Assembly (NCBI RefSeq): GCF_004010195.1
Contig: NC_057749.1
Coordinates: 18,580,926-18,617,858, forward strand
Reading direction: 5' to 3'
Length of the DNA stretch: 36,933 bases
Source: Chiloscyllium plagiosum
Taxonomy: Eukaryota
Shown here: one piece after another, positions 34,562 through 36,933 of the stretch
Layout: each line of letters begins with the position of its first letter
Numbering within the stretch: the stretch's first letter is position 1
Program-made: the position numbers and the translations under genes
Notes under the pieces: generated by a model
The model's database searches: none
Told to the model about the DNA's origin: nothing
The model's input: the letters and a program-made list of their open reading frames with translations, nothing else

Positions 34562-36563
34562 AGAAAGTTGCAAGTGAGATAGTGAAGAGCAGGTCACAGT
34601 TACACACACACACACAACCATTCAAATTCTGTGAGAAGATTGTTAAATATTGCAATATACAAGGTCATGTTCAATGATAACACTTCTTAAAAGAAAATGA
34701 CTTGCAGCAATGTTGACAGAACAAGAAGGAAATAGATTTTTTAATTTTCTTAAGAAACAAGCTAAAACCAAAATGATCTCACTAGTGGAAAAAATTAAAA
34801 CAGTACTTTCACTCTGCACTTGGAATTCAGCCTGGATATGCTATCCTCCCCAAGTATACATACAACACTGAACTGCTGAGTTCACATGAAGAGACCACCC
34901 ACACGTGCTTTCTAAATATTGAGTCTCAATCCAAAATCAATAACAGCTTCATTGTGAGCTACAGGCCAGTTTTACAAATCAGCAAGTGTCACACTTGAAC
35001 CGTCTTTCATCATTTTTCCACAGAAAGGATCCAAACACAAGTTAGCAAAACATGTTCTCTTTACAGCTCAGACCCCATGAACTCAAAGTCACACTGAAAG
35101 AAAACAAATATGGTAGCTTCCCAGAGACAAAACCATAAACAATGGAATGACTCATCTCTGCAAGTGATAGAGCACCTTACACTCACTATGATCCAGTGCA
35201 CTTAAAAACTTTATTTGGAGAAACAGTTGTGTCAGCAGTGAGTCATCAAAAGCTGCAAAGAGTTTGATTTTGTCCTGGGACGCCAGCACAGAATACAGCA
35301 AGATAATTTTGTTTAACTACTGAAAATAGCCACAGCCCTAAGCGAATGAAAAGGGGACTGCACTTCAAAAGTTGGCTGTAAAGATCTTTGGCTTGTCTTC
35401 GAGGTCATTGATTTCAGTAAGGCAGACATGTCGATGTCTCAGTCACACTAATTGAGCCAAGTGAAATGTGTTGAATGATTAAAGGGATGGGGTTTCCACT
35501 GTTGATCACTATCCTGCTGGACATAGCTGCACATGTGAATTTCAGCAAAGAATCCGGGCTTGGCTGGGTTGACCTTCCAAAAGCCTGTTGAAATGACACA
35601 CAATGTTTAGACCCCTAGGACACACAAAACACAACAGAATAGTCTCTGGAGTGATGTGGTAGCATGAGTCAGTACACCAGGAACGTGAAAAAAATAAGCA
35701 GGCATCAAGAACAAAGCACTTGGTTTGGCAGACTTCATATAATAACAAATGGGGACAAGAAAATAAATAGAAGGGCAGAAATTAATTTTGCAATGCTAAG
35801 GGCAACAGATGTAAGTGAATATTAAATTCAGCTGATTCTTTGCTTATTTTGATTGAAACTAAATCACTTCATTGAGTTTTACCGATATGGTACTTACATT
35901 CAGTGTTGATATTTCTATAATTGGAAGAAGCATCATTACTCAAGAGCACAGCTGGAGCAAAATCCAAAGGTGAAAGGCTCAATTTAACACTTGGGAATAA
36001 TATTATTTCAATATTCCAGAATGTTTTTCAAAATTATTTTAGAATCACAATCAATCTGTTATGGTGTTGATAATCATAGCTCATTCAAATAAAACAACTG
36101 TGTTGCAAGACTGAAGATTCAAAACGGTGCAAAATCCACCTGGTAGATTTACTGCCACCACCCTCTTTCCTGAGAGGGCTGTACAGGTTCGGTTTTTCAC
36201 AAGTGATAGGGAGAAATCACCTGGGGGCCAAACAAAAAAATGCTCTTGTCTTAAACAAGCTGTAGTTTATTGCATGACAGCAACATGGCTAGGATATGAG
36301 TTCTTTTCTCGCCTTGAGATGTTAAAGATGTTAATTTCATATAGTATCCAATCTTTGGTCTTATGTAAGCAAGTGGGACAGCCAAGTTATGCAGAGAAGT
36401 GTAAAGGAGCTATACAAAATCATGACTGCATCAAGAGTAGAGATTGTGTACACAATGATATATACCTTACATGTTGATCCCCAACATCTGTCCACTTGTG
36501 AGACATGGCACTCAGCTGGTCTGAACATGCACAGCTGCAACAAACCTTAAGAAGCTCAACATT

Positions 36564-36847
36564 ATCAAACAATTAATTCATTATTTCCATCACTGGGCTG
36601 CAACCTGTGTCTTCTGCTATTCTGTCACAGCAATGCATCTTCCAGGCTTCGACCAAAATATCTTTGCAGTCTCCAAAAAGGAGAAAGATCAGTCCTCAGC
36701 AGAGGATCAAACAATTAATTCATTATTTCCATCACTGGGCTGCAACCTGTGTCTTCTGCTATTCTGTCACAGCAATGCATCTTCCAGGCTTCGACCAAAA
36801 TATCTTTGCAGTCTCCAAAAAGGAGAAAGATCAGTCCTCAGCAGAGG
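36564..36847. repeat. Perfect 142-bp tandem duplication
   Basis: 36564-36705 is identical to 36706-36847. Confidence 0.95.
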
Positions 36848-36933
36848 TCTCACCTTCATTCCCCTACGCTCTCGGATTAACGAGTTCAACACGCGGCGTG
36901 ACATCGAACAATTCTTCCGCCGCCTTCACCTCC
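36825..36933 (+). mobile_element. Start of a Penelope-like ORF fragment (N-terminal region), runs off the window
   Basis: ERSVLSRGLTFIPLRSRINEFNTRRDIEQFFRRLHL matches the PLE N-terminal LxKGLxFxP..D..F.R.LRL pattern; CpG-rich, so young. Confidence 0.8.

Noticed and set aside
35066..35112. Possible small exon after TTCTCTTTACAG
   Set aside because: Weak donor (GTAGCT), unrecognised peptide and no support.
1..36933. CRISPR array, operon or prokaryotic defence system
   Set aside because: No regularly spaced repeats or gene-dense organisation; the content is vertebrate transposon-rich DNA.

Overview
Eukaryotic, repeat-dense intronic/intergenic DNA, almost certainly from a cartilaginous fish (inferred from HE1/V-SINE-type and Deu-type SINEs and shark-type CR1 LINEs). 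No intact protein-coding gene is supportable. Nearly all ORF-track entries are transposon fragments or chance ORFs. The window holds many CR1 LINE fragments (one spanning a 459-N gap), at least four families of Penelope-like elements (PLEs), tRNA-derived SINEs, a 5S rRNA-tRNA chimeric element, an internally deleted Tigger/pogo transposon, a 159-bp MITE and an RTE remnant, often nested. Highlights: (1) minimal hammerhead ribozyme (HHR) motifs in the terminal repeats of four different PLE families, one apparently intact at 34486-34525; (2) tiny TSD-flanked palindromic insertions made only of PLE terminal repeats; (3) a 5S-tRNA-hairpin fusion; (4) a fold-back CR1 with ~335-bp inverted arms; (5) a perfect 142-bp tandem duplication across a PLE junction; (6) one candidate 126-bp coding exon and a candidate enhancer. 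Family names come from recalled motifs, not database searches. Boundaries of degraded elements are approximate.
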